Assembly: GCA_000934665.2 (NCBI GenBank)
Contig: KZ538151.1
Coordinates: 1-64,000 of the forward strand
Length of the DNA stretch: 64,000 nt
Direction of reading: 5' to 3'
Source of the DNA: Catajapyx aquilonaris
Taxonomy: Eukaryota
Shown: positions 25,926-38,300 of the stretch, piece after piece
How positions within the stretch are numbered: the stretch's first letter is position 1
How the letters are laid out: every line of letters starts with the position of its first letter
Translations under genes and position numbers: made by a program
Notes under the pieces: model-generated
Told to the model about the DNA's origin: nothing
The model's database searches: none
What the model saw: only the letters and a program-made list of their open reading frames with translations

Positions 25926-26951
25926 GATGACAAATATAGGTCTGATACCTGTTATTCGACGTAGCCTCGTATAAACTTGTGCTCCTGGGTTAAATCATAC
26001 CGTCCATTAAGGCTGGATGGTAGAATTGGGGTCGTGATTCACAGCCCTGCAAAACCCAGCATCATCCCCAACCAATACTGAGCGATCTTCCTCGACATCC
26101 AGGCTGCTCCATTTTGATGGGGGAGAAACGTCGCATGTCCAAAAGTCGCATGGCAACGCTCATCTCTCCCCTCTATAATGCCTGTAATTGACAATAATTG
26201 CAGTTTGGCACATGACGTACAGCAGTTGTACGTGCAGATGCCAATTACGTGTCGGGGAGTGTTTCACCTCCCCACTCCTCCTGCCCACCCCCTTCCCCTG
26301 AACGGTGTTTATGAATGTAGACACTAATGCGAAGCTTCCCCCCAAAATGGGCAAGTTGCCCTCACCTATTTACAGTGGGTAACCATGCGCAAAACCGGGG
26401 CTATTCATTGGCGCGATTGCACGAGACGCTTTCGGAATACGGAATTGACCTGCCCCCCCCCCCTTTTTTTTACCCGTAATTTATCGTCCGGTTAGTTACT
26501 TTTTTTGACAACTTTTCCTGGATGACACCCGGAAGATCCGTCGTTCGCAGAAAACGTTGGCTTTATTTCCGGCACTGTCTCACTGGCTGTCATTGGCCAG
26601 CATGATTCACACCTTCTTATCGGTGGTGGACAAGCGGACAGAGTGAAAAGACACCCTCATGGGACCTTGGGATGCCAAATAAAATTTTGGCAATCCCACC
26701 CACCCATCCCACCCAGCCCTTGTTGAGTAGATTCGGATTACTCACGTGGGGAAGGGATGAATGCCGATAATGGGCTTATACAGCGTTGGATTTGGGGGTG
26801 GGGTGGGGTGGGGGACAGACTGGGTGGTGGGTGGGGATTACAGGATGAGTCGACAGAAATCCGTTTTAGCAACCTGTAGATGCGGAACCATCAATGAGGG
26901 GAGAGAGTAAGCTGTCAAGAACTGGCCAGAAAAACTATATTTGCAACTATA

Positions 26952-27133
26952 CAATGCAACATGTCAATGTTGGACACCGATGGTTCAAAGTGTCCAACAT
27001 ATTAGGATGCCCTACTTCACAGGTTTAACGGTGTAGTACAAATTCACATGCTTCACTGTAATCCAAATTCACAGGTTTCACTGTAGTCCAAATTCACAGG
27101 TTTCACTGTAGTCCAAATTCACAGGTTTCACTG
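26952..27133. mobile_element. pogo/Tigger-type MITE whose right terminus is tandemly repeated four times
   Basis: Left end TA|CAATGCAACATGTCAATGTTGGACAC. Right-end units GTCCAAATTCACAGGTTTCACTG|TA end at 27058 (degenerate), 27083, 27108 and 27133, a 25-bp period. Confidence 0.75.
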
Positions 27134-27640
27134 TAGTCCAACTTGAGAGCCAGGAATTGTATATAGAATCGGCTTGTGTCTGTGCTTCTGTTTGTCCTGG
27201 GAGGGGAAAATGCGCCATCTATGTGAAGGGCATGGTACTACGCCCATTCAAATCCAGGTCCTCATCCAGAATTGGCAGTAAATCAGCCAGTGGCAAAACC
27301 CTCTTCATATTTTTTGGGGTCCAATCACCAATAGACATATCCTGACGAACATGATTGGCACCACCGGACACTAAAAACACGTGGCCATTTTTGAACCCAA
27401 ATGGTGTCACATTTTTATATAGGCAGGGGGATGGGGTGGCTGTCGAGCGGAGAAGGACACGACAACCGCACTGACACTCATGTACGGTTATCTCAACCCA
27501 GGGCGCCCAAGTCATACGCGGCGTTGATCGTCACGGGGTATTTGTCAACGTCACAGCCACGGAAACGGGCCCGAATAATAATAACGGAGCCGGCCCCGTG
27601 CATGAATATTAATGAATCGGCGGGCGTTAAAAAGTGCGGG

Positions 27641-27662
27641 GAGAGAGAGAGAGAGAGAGAGA
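27641..27662. repeat. (GA)11 microsatellite
   Basis: Read directly from the sequence. Confidence 0.9.
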
Positions 27663-30600
27663 GGGTTGGACGGTAAAAAAGAGAGAGAGGTGGCGCCCGC
27701 AACAAATGCATGGGGCTTGCCATCAGAAAATTGGATTTTTTTTGAGGGGGGGTGGCACATGTTGCGATACCATCTTTAGCTTCAAACACATGGTCAAGTG
27801 CATGGAAAGTAGTGTTAACACGTTGGTAACACTTGTGCGGCACGTGTGGGGAAAAAGAAAATTTGCGGTGTACTTATAATTGCTGTTGAATGCCTGATAC
27901 TATAGTTTAACCTACACATGGCTGGCATCCCATATCAGTTCATACTTAGTTCAAATAACATCTATTTTATGAAAAAAAAATCTTTAAAAATGAAAGTAGA
28001 GCCGATATTATTCGCTATAACAGTAGCCGTGATTTTCAATATAGCCTATACTTTTTCGATTTGTAGCTATTATATTGGATCTTTATTTGCTCGTAAAATA
28101 TTTTAAAATGTAACAAAAATAATTCAGGGATGTCTTGTGGTGTCATCAAGGTGAAGTAAGATTCTTGTGGATAATTTCAGTATTCTTCGGACCGAAACCG
28201 TTTTAAGCCTAACCAACTTAATGACATGGTACGTTTTTAGAACCGCAGTTAACTGGCGGTATTAGGGACGGTCGTACCTGTGCCTTTAACTAATTATGTC
28301 CCAGAAACACGTACCGCTACAATTGAATTATTACACAGTGAAGCCCCCCCCNNNNNNCCCCCCGCTATATGCAGACCACCCTGAGTTTGCTCCAGAAATG
28401 TCAGAACCGCTCTTGTATAATGACATGTTTCAACCCTCAATTTTTAGCCTGAAAACAAGAGCATCATCTGCTTTCTTTTGGTTTAAAAAAAATTGTGTCT
28501 CGGAAGACATCTGTACGTGTCTATTTGGGGGGTCCTTTTACCCTGCAATGAATGTTGCAACATTGCTTAGCCTGATTACATGGTGGGTGTCGGCGTGGAA
28601 AGGAAGCCATTGGTGGTCCCCAGAGCAGCGCAGCTCTTGATTAAGAGGTCGTCTGGCATGACCTTCGTGGTGTTGACCGCGCCTAATATACGACAATGAT
28701 GCTCACGGAAATATAATAAAAAATTATAGGATTTCATGTATACTAAAAATATTCTTTTTTTCCATCCAATAAGCCATTGTTTCTGAATTCCGCCCTTTTA
28801 CATTGAAACCCAGAAATAATCTTGGACTCCCCCAAAGCACATGCAACCTGTCCATTTTCCATGCTGTCGATGCAAGATTGATGAGCGGTGGGTTCGGAGC
28901 AATATTCAGGGACTATTGAAGGACCCCGAGATATTGGTGAATGGCCCGCCCCAATATTGGTCTATGTACCGGATTTTTTTTTTGTACTGTGTGTGAAGTC
29001 GGCGCAAGTTTATTTCAAAGGGGGGCGCTCGAGCTACTGCCTTGTTGCTCTTGGTTAAAAGGATGCACTTCAGAATGTTATGATAGTTTGGTCAATTGAT
29101 TGGGGCTGTTGACACACGACCCCCCCCCCCNCCCCCCCCCCCGACTCCGGATCGATTTTCGGATTGAGTACTATTGTGTATGTAGAGGCATGTGTACATT
29201 GGGGAAAAATATTTGCGAAGTTGGTAGTAAGGTAAAACGGTCGAGTGCCGCCGGAGAGAGAGAGCGCATGACTTGAAAGTTTAATTGCGCTTGTTAAATA
29301 ATTGCTACCGCTTCAACAAAAGTCATCGACCTCTATAGTACTTTTTTTGGCGTACGGCTGAATTGTATAGCTCTACCGAGAAACTGCACATAAATTCTGA
29401 GCCTTGCAGTATATTTTAAAAAAATCAGGAATCGCTTTTATTTGAAAAGTAGTAGCTATTTGTAGCAACTTTAATATTAGCTAAAAGCAGAATTTGTGTA
29501 TTCTCTGCTTAAGCCTATATTCTTGGAACCCCCGCAAAACACACTGGGAAGTTAAAACAGTTGGCCACGTTTCGCTGGGATCAGTGCGGAAAATTACTTT
29601 GAAATGAGTTTGTGCAAGATGGAAGGTGGCAGCCTGCAAAAAAAGGGGAAAACAAGCGGATTTTCACCTCCTGCCAGAGAAAGAAATTTTTTTAACTTCC
29701 CCCACCCCCTCCTTCCAAAATCCTCCTCAGCATTAGACCGAATCTTATATTTATCTTAACGTATTAATATTTTTCATGCCTGTTACTTCTTCATAAACGC
29801 GAAAGGAAGTCTTAACGTGTTGCCTGAGATCTTAAGCCACAGGAGATGTAAGGATCCGGTGGCAACTTATAGCTATTAATCATCAACTATGTAACATTCA
29901 TTGTACTGGTCGGCTGCGTCAGCGTGGTCTAAATTGGAGCCATTCATCAGGAAAAGGGGTGGGTGGGTTCAGGATGAGAGAGAAGTTAAGAGAGGGGGGG
30001 GGGGTTTCAGAGAGAGAGAGAGGAAAGGGAAAGGGGTTCTATCTCCTATCCTGTGCCTTTGGTACCCTTTCGTTCCTACGGTGTGGCCGAGGGGGGGCCA
30101 AAATCAATAGCCTGGGAGGCAACGCAAAACTGAGGCAGCAGCAGCAAGGCTTGGAAATACCAGGAGAGAAAATTCTGCAAATTCCACAAGTCTTCCATAT
30201 TTGGCTGGAATTGTGCCGATATTTATTGGAGATCTGTTTGGCCTTGACTGGTTTGACTATAGGGAAGATTTTGAGGTCAATAGAAGCCAAGTGACTTGGG
30301 CCACGTACCATCCTGTGTACTCACTGTAAATGCAATTGAACGGCTTTGCCTCGAAGTTAATTCCTGCTTGCGTATATATCCATAATAGTGCAAACCTCCA
30401 GTAATTAACCTCAGATCAAAGCGTCGTGAACTGGTCGTGAATGAACCTGCACGCTCCAATTCATCTGTAGGTTTACCTGCTTGTGTACTGTACATATAGT
30501 TATGCACTGACGAAGTTCAAGGGAGGATAGCACATATTGCAATTATTGAGACTTTTTAATGTCTAATGGACATTTTAATTAGAAGTGTGGCCAAGTGTCC

Positions 30601-33017
30601 AAGAGCTGGACACGTGACTGTCGCTACCGCCCTAATTGCTCGATGTGTACAATAGGCTGCAATTATACCCTGGTTTTACAACCCCATGCCATTTGTCTGT
30701 AGTAATGCACAGAAACATTAAGCCGGTTGACTGCACGCGAGCTTGCCGTTGTGCTCTGTGATGCAATTCCACAATGCTCATATACACTTGCGGTAGGACC
30801 CCCCCCTTTGTTTGCTTAGGATCTTAAAACCAGGTGCAAGCAAGCAAAACCCCCCCGAGCATATATCTGACCAAGAGATGGGGCCTAATTTCATGAGGTT
30901 TTGTGGGGGGGGTCTGCAAACCTGAAGATAGAATACCTTGCTGGGTTGTCCTTCCCTGCTGAAACACGAGAGGGACCAACCGAGTAGCCTCTTCGGGAGT
31001 TCGGAGCAAACTTTTGGGGACACTGAAGAAACGGCCAAGGGGGGACTGGGACTCGTAAACTTTGTGTCAACACACTGATTTGTAGCATGGTCCGTATACA
31101 CATGGTGCACTGCAAGTCAACAGTTCAAGAGGGAGAAGTTATGGATTGTTGCTTCTAGCCCGTTGCTTCTCTTCAAATTAATTGCTGGGGTAAATAGGAT
31201 TTTTGGGGGAGTCACAAGTAAACAAGTCGCATCAAGGTCCTTGTCGATAATTTTGGGTGGATATGCTTTAAAAATTCAAATGTCCTCCTGAAGCCCGGTG
31301 TTTGTTTGCAGGTTAAGGTATATCAGGGAGCCAGGGTTTTTCCTCTGGGAGGAGAGAAAAAGCAGGGCGATCCCCGATAGAGTGGAGAGAGTGTCACCAA
31401 AATGAAATTGCAGTGCATGGTGTGTGTGTGTCTCGAGAGGGATGCGACCCTGGTGGATGTCACGTGCAACACTTTTCCCAGGAAATGGCTCTTAAATTGC
31501 CTCTCACTCCCGTTGGGAAATCTGCCTGCATTGGACGGGGCATTAAACACGGTCTTTTCACCCAACGTGAAAGACCCGGCTGGGTGTGGGGTGTGGCATG
31601 TGGGGGTGGGTTTGATAACAACAACAACAAAAAAAGTGAGGGTGAGAGAAGGGGTGGTAGAGTGCATTAGAAACGGCCATCAATCACCATAACAGAACAA
31701 TCGAAGCTTTGGATCAATGTTGGGAAAAGAGAAGCATCGACACCAACCTGGCTATAATTCCTGGCTAGACATTGCGGTGTCCCAATCTGCGGCCGACTCT
31801 AGTACGTGCCAGATAGATTCAGTCTCACCGCATCCCCATCCGTTAAAACCCAAGTATTATTGAGGGCCCCCGGTGCACTCCGAGGACTGGTTTGTGGCTG
31901 CAGCAACCAGTACAGGAAAAAAGCCAGGGAAAAAAAGCATTAAAATATTGAAAAGTTTCATTGTTGTCGAACGAGAATGGATTTTTTTTCTCTTTGTTTG
32001 ATTTTCAATCCTGAAAAGTTTTTCTATGGGCTTTAATTCATTTCGCTTCCAAGCAATATCAGTTTCTATCGACTTGACGTCTACTACAGTATATCAGTAA
32101 TTTATTAACATTTACGTATCCACCACCAATGTTGCTAATGTTGCAATTAATAAATAGAAATTAAATTACGATCAAAATGATACCTTTTGCTCAATATTAT
32201 CGAGCCATTTTGCTTAAAATGTGAGGGGAAAAAATTCCAATAAAGTTTTACGTAAAACGATGCCAAGCCATCTATTGGTTGACCTTACCTACGAATTTTT
32301 TTTGATCCAGATAAATGATCCCACCTGCAAACCCAGCATCCCGACCCACCCCTCTTTTCTCATTTTCACAGAGGGGGTGATATGGAAAAGGGCTGGGTGG
32401 TGAGGGTGGGTTTGAAGTTATAGAGTGGGGTAGCCAGGGATTCCGCCAACCCCCGATCGCAGAGAGTATCGACCTGGCAAAGGGGAAATTGGGGGTGGAG
32501 CTCCAAGGGTGAGAGATAGGGAGGAATTGTGGCAGACGAGAAAAGGTTCTGCAAGAATTGGGAAAAGGTCATCACTCATTTTTTCCCCCCTTCTTCCTCT
32601 TATTTTCCTGTTGGCAAAGGATCGACCTGGATATGAATCAGACACATACTCCCAATGCGACTCCCTGTGTGGCAATGCAAAGTTCAATGCTTTTCCCCCT
32701 AATTATAGTCATCCCCCTCTTTTTTTATTCGTTACCTGATAACCTACTTTTTCCTAGGACATATCTGGTCTTGGGGAGACCTCACCGTGCACTTAGAGTT
32801 ATCTACTCGAACCATGATTATAGCTTCCCCATAGTTTTATCACAAACAGGCTCATAAAATAAGAAATGGACAATTCGATCGCCTGAAATAATAAGAGGAC
32901 CGGCGTTCATGGCTGGTAGCATGGGACGTGGCTCTACATCATTTATGTTTTGTCCTGCAGAGCCTTTTTGCCCCCCTTTCCATTGTCCTGCATTAGGACT
33001 ACATGTGTATTACATCT

Positions 33018-33121
33018 CTTAGACTAGACGCATCACCGCGATGAGGTGCGTCCCAAACGGACACGCACGTAAACGCGCAACATCCAATTCGGACGCACCC
33101 AATTGCGCCGTCTAATCTAAG
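33018..33121. mobile_element. 104-bp palindromic MITE-like element
   Basis: CTTAGACTAGACG / CGTCTAATCTAAG (1 mismatch) plus inner GGTGCGTCC / GGACGCACC. The right side continues CGGGGCC with no left counterpart, suggesting left truncation. Confidence 0.6.
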
Positions 33122-36100
33122 CGGGGCCCATTTTCCCATTGTCCTGCAGACTCTTTCTGAGAGTCGGACAACGACGTACCGGCTAGATGCGGCTGCACGA
33201 TAAGTGAGTGACGCCGTACACCCGGGTGGTCCTTGTTATTCGACCCTTACCACCCGTGGTGGCCAACCGTTTTGTGGCCGATTCCCCGTCGGCTATCCCG
33301 ATTGTTTGGCCTAAATCGAGATTTATAGGTAGACCTGTGTGAAGCCGCATACTGTCACCAGGCATACGGAGGGGTGATTGCAAGCCCTGAATTTGCATAC
33401 GCACATTTTCCTCTCTCCTTTTTTAATATTTTGGCTGGTTTTCAGGTGTGAATGTGTGTGATTTCGGCGGGTGAATAATTTATGACCGGACCATAACAAT
33501 AGATGGGATGGGGGGAGAAAGATGAAAGGGGATGCTGTTAGCACAGTGGGTGGTGGGGGACATCCTGTATTTATGGTAGGGGTTGGCGTTTGTATATTTT
33601 GTCAGTATGTTGTGGGCTTGGAAAATGCACCGCAATGAGTAAGAAAATTACGTCCTGTATGTGACTAGTTTCTAATAAGCAATGAAAACGCGCCGGAAAT
33701 ATTTTTTTTTGTATGGGGCATGAAAAAGGCTCAGAAGCATGTTTCACAGTCTGCAATTATAGGAATTAAGCACGCATTCTGTGTTCAATGACACGATTAC
33801 AGCTAGCTTTTTTTTCATAGTTTATGCTGTGGCTAAGCAAATAAGCGGCTCGTGGGAATATGGGCCAGGAATGCATTGCGCCCACTATATAACTTAATAT
33901 GTGTATATTCAGCACAGATTTTTTTTTTTCAGCGACCACTCTTTGGTTAGTTCGCTGTAAAATGGCACGAATTTTGATGACTCATGGCTTATTACTGGGA
34001 GGGCTTGAAATGCGCATTGCTGTACCGTTACAAAACACAAAAAAATAGGCAACAAATGCGCGTGAAATTAAAAATGTGGCCTGAACTAATTCTCTTGAAT
34101 TACAGTACAGCCTAATAACGTGCTGTAAATTATTTTCACGACGGGTCAGTAAAGTGCATTAATTTTTTCATATTTTCATAGCTCGAATGAAAGTGAGGTT
34201 GTTAAAATCTTTAAAGCGCTAAGCATTGTTTGTGTATTTTTGCTCCTAAAATCTTGGCTCTGAATATACGCGGCAAGAATCAAGAAACTTGGTTGAAATC
34301 CGCGTCCTCCTTCCCCTCCTGGTTCTCCTTGTTGTTCCAAGGAGTTATTGCCCCAAAGTTGGGACTGATTTAATGTATTCTAGGGGGTACTGTTAATGCA
34401 ATGCAAATATTCATTAGAGAGAGAAGGCTTCCCAATCGGCGGCGTCCGGGGGGTGGAGATGGGCTTAAATAGGTTGGGCCCCAGGTGATGGGCGTTTACT
34501 TCTTATCGCCCCCCAAGGGCCCAAATGAATTGTGGCTCGGATCTCAATTGATACACTCGTCACTTTTAGGAGGGTTGGCACGCGTGACTTCACCTGATGA
34601 AAGAATCGACCTCAAGACCTTTTTTTCTCCCCTCTCTCCGCCAACACACAACCCCCTGGGTCACGAACCACGCCCAAGCTTTTTCCTAAGCCCTGATTAA
34701 GCCCTGTCCTTTCCATACTCTCTTCCATTACTGGGCTTCACAATGGAGCTGTCCATTCCATGTATGGTGTGTCTAATCCAAGATGGCAGCGGAAGTCTGG
34801 CCGGAAGATCCGGGACAGCCAATCATAAAGCCAAGTTGGTTTACCCTCAATATTCAGCTGAAATCACACTCTGTTCTAAAAGAAAATAGCAGCGATTTTT
34901 CCCACCAGTATACTGCTGGTGAACATGATAAAAATTTTGTTAACCACCAGTTACCTAAATTCTTACAACCGGGGCCCAACAGGTTCTCTCCTTACTGGCC
35001 CGTAAAAGTGGCGGATTATTTTATGGGGACATTAATGACTCCAAGCGGAAATTTGATTTCGCACAGGGCCTATTAATGAGTGATAAAAATATTATCATTA
35101 TTATTCTGGCAGCTAGATATGCTGAGCCTCTCCCCCTAGTGTAATGATTTTTTTCATAGCAATTACTGTCAAATGCCAGAATTGAAAAGTGTACGGATCG
35201 AGGCGGGTGTAAGTATAGGAAAATCTAATAATGAACTTGGGCTTCCTGATATTACCAAAGTTCTATATAAAGTCTTGAAAAAGGAACCCGGAACTTTTTT
35301 TTAAAAGGTCCTGTAGGATAACGAAAGCTTTCCACACAACACGCCCTTTGACCTGGGAATCTCGCAGTGGGGTAATTATGTTAGAGGAGCCCTAGGGAAT
35401 TAGCCTATTCCCTGTCTTTATTACCAGCCTAAATTTTCTTTTCTGGAGGGAGAGAAAGGGAGGAGTCCTGAGAGGGTTTTCTAAAGGAATCCAATCAAGT
35501 CGGAGCATCGAAACCATAAGCCAGGAGAGGTCCTGAAGGAAGAAAAAAAAAGTCAGGAAATCAACTTGATATCAATTTTTATATTATATACAGTATTACA
35601 CTAGCAAAAACTTGGCAACACTGTCCATGACCCTTGGCATATATGGCGCATCGTCCCTCTGGGCACACTACTGCCACTTTCAGGGTACTACATGCACTAT
35701 AACAGTCATAGAACAAGGCTCGTTACAATATGGGCTTATTATTTTGGCGTGTTTCATATGGGTTGTGCCACCCAATTTTTGGAGGGTGGCCCCCGTTGCG
35801 TGTGAGCAATCGCGGATTATGTGCACTGACCTGAGGCAACAGGTAGGACGGGTTTTTCCTGCAAAAGCCAGATTTATGCAAGGCCCGTCGAGTCACGTAG
35901 GCCTATAAACCAGGGAGGGCTATGGGTGACAGGTCACTTATCTGGGTGTTGTAAACGTGTGACCGGACGGTTTTATCATGCCCACACCATCCTGATAAGT
36001 GAAAACCGGTAGTTACGCTTCGATAATAGTAGTTGGGACGCACTTTTCCACCCCTCAACCCTGATTATCAATAAATTAGGCGATTTGGGGGTTAATAGTA

Positions 36101-36455
36101 TAGTCCCCTCGGTGGACTCAAGTTAATTAGCCCAAGTCTGTTGGAAAAGCTAACGAGTTGCGCCATATAAAATGTGATTCGAAAAGCGATGGAAATTTGT
36201 CCCGGAGCGTAATCTTGGGCTGGGAGGAGGCCTTTGGAGGCTCACTGAGTTACGTTTATAGTCGCTGCTCGGGTCTATGGGGCTCTACCCCCCCATCCAT
36301 AGCCGTAACTGCCGCGAGTAACGGGTTAGTGTCTCTGACAAGACCGAATTGTTTATGAAGTCATATTTCGCGCTAATGTATTATTCATGCCAGGCGGCCA
36401 GAAGCACCTGGAGGATCTAACGAATTCGGGGATCAATTCAAGTTTTATACACGCA

Positions 36456-36696
36456 CAGGGTGATCCAGCAAGAAAGAAACTCTTAGCCGCTCTTCTTGGG
36501 GCAGTTAAAAGTAGCCGCTATACTTTATTCACGCCTGGGCGGGCCAAGAAAAGCAGTGTCTCTTCGAGTGCAAACGTAGCAGCGGTTTTTAATTAGTAGC
36601 AGTTATTTTCAACTGTTAAAGCAACCTAATGTTGTCTGCTTCCTAGAAAGCAGCTAAATACCCACGCAGAGGTTCTTTTCTTGTTGGATCACCCTG
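36456..36696. mobile_element. Tc1/mariner-type MITE, 241 bp, with ~28-bp TIRs
   Basis: CAGGGTGATCCAGCAAGAAAGAAACTCT ... AGAGGTTCTTTTCTTGTTGGATCACCCTG|TA. The left flank is CA, possibly a mutated TA. Confidence 0.75.
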
Positions 36697-37860
36697 TACA
36701 TAGGATATGGAAGGTTTGTGGGGAATCCCCCAGTGATTTCCTCTCAAAAACCGGTGATATCTACGGGAGCCATTAATTTTTTTACGTGTGAGACAGCTGG
36801 GACAGGCGGGACTGATTGTAATTTCAGCTACCCTCCCTCTCCCCTCCTCCCTATCCTCCTCCCACCCCCTCTGCTCATTAAGCTCCGGAGTTTTGTTTCA
36901 TTAACCCAAGTCTGGCGTCTAGAGAGACGCGCGCTTCCCCCCCCCCCNNNNNNNNNNNNNNNNNNNNNNNNNNNNNNNNNNNNNNNNNNNNNNNNNNNNN
37001 NNNNNNNNNNNNNNNNNNNNNNNNNNNNNNNNNNNNNNNNNNNNNNNNNNNNNNNNNNNNNNNNNCGAGCCGGGTCTCCCCCCCCCCCCCTCCCTCCCAA
37101 AAAGGGCAGGAATTTTTATGCGCCCGGAAATTAGGTATAGCGAAGTGATTAAACAAGCAGCCACCCTGGCGCTACAAGTGAATTAACTCAGTCGCTAACT
37201 TTAGTTCTTAGCCTTCAAATATTTTCTGAGCATTTTCTGGAATTTCGCAGCACCTGTGCTAGATCGATATCCCAACAACTTTTGCGATTGATAGAATTTA
37301 GTTCCGCCTATTCACCTGTGTAATTCGGTCTTTTTTTGCAACTTGAAGAAACACACTGCTTATTTAGTCGCTCTTATTGCAGCAGTTAAAAGTAGCTGCT
37401 ACTCTGTTCACGCCTGGTTGGGGCCAAAAAAAGCAATGGCGATCCTAGATTTTCTACTCGAAGGCGAACGTACCGGTAGTTATTTTAATTAGTAACAGTT
37501 ATTTTCAAAGCGTTAAGTAGCGGTTATTTCAATGATTCTAATAGTGATTTTACTGATTACTAATGACGTAATGAGTAAAGCTGGTTAATTAAATAGCAGT
37601 TATTTTCAACTATTAAAGAACTTAATATTCTCTGCTTCCTAGAAAGCAGCTATATTCAGCGTTTTCCTTGCGGGGAATCCCCCAGTGATTCCTTTTCATG
37701 TGACGCTAACTTTGGTTCGCAGTCTTCAAACATTTTTCCAGCAGAATTTTTGCACTTCTTGGAATTTTGCAACACCTGTGTTAGATCGATATCCCAACAA
37801 CTTTTGCGATTGATAGAGTTTCGGTCCCGTCTATTCACTCTTTTTTTCTGGAAACTTGGA
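36483..37860. repeat. Diverged local tandem duplication (copy 1 about 36483-37349; copy 2 about 37364-37860)
   Basis: Collinear shared blocks: GCAGTTAAAAGTAGC..TTCACGCCTGG; TAGCAGTTATTTTCAACT..CTGCTTCCTAGAAAGCAGCTA; GGGGAATCCCCCAGTGATT; CGCTAACTTT..CTTCAAA; TAGATCGATATCCCAACAACTTTTGCGATTGATAGA. Confidence 0.85.
36948..37065. other. Assembly gap (118 N) between poly-C runs
   Basis: Run of N in the sequence. Confidence 1.
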
Positions 37861-38269
37861 AATGGGCCAATGTTTAGATTTTGCAACTGCAATAGTTCTG
37901 GGAGGCCCCACCAACTTTCTCCGGGATGGTGTGGGTTATGAGGCTCTTGGATGCATTCAGAGGCGAGCACCCCAGGGGAATCCTTTGACCATTTACGACC
38001 AGGCCGCACCGGAGGAAACCGGGTATGGTTCCGCGGGTTTCTGGGAGGGATCGGAAACGTGCGGCTTTAGGGAATAGCGCTTGCGGCCATCACCCTCCGT
38101 CCTCCTCCTGCAGATATTATCACTTGTAACTAGCGCGCACCAGGAATACTTCCGCAATATAAGTTTTGTTCCGGCCCAGAAACGGCCACTTCACGCGCAC
38201 ATCAAACCCGGTCATTGGCTGGGGCTATAGCGAGCAACAATGTTAGCAAAAAAAATGTGCAAATTTTGA

Positions 38270-38300
38270 TGATATTAATGTGAATTACTTTTGCTGACAG
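38270..38300 (+). promoter_or_regulatory. 3' splice site of the teneurin exon (TTAAT branch-like motif, short pyrimidine tract, CAG)
   Basis: gatattaatgtgaattacttttgctgacag lies immediately before the recognisable peptide begins. Confidence 0.75.

Larger units (their letters stand above)
1..38300 (+). other. Putative large intron (or intron plus unrecognised small 5' exons) upstream of the teneurin exon
   Basis: No recognisable coding sequence; repeat debris only. The exon starts in phase 1, so an upstream coding exon is required, and I did not find it. Confidence 0.5.

Noticed and set aside
22449..26580. Shared 14-mer TTTCCGGCACTGTC at about 22449 and 26566
   Set aside because: Several 14-bp matches are expected by chance in a window this size, and the similarity does not extend.
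26692..26840. C-rich / G-rich inverted arrangement with a G-quadruplex-like motif
   Set aside because: Low-complexity match in a window already full of G/C tracts; not distinct from the general poly-G observation.
28336..28550. CAGTGAAGCCCC..CGCTATAT..GACCACC resembling a pogo-type left TIR
   Set aside because: Interrupted by an N gap, not directly TA-flanked, and no matching right TIR found.
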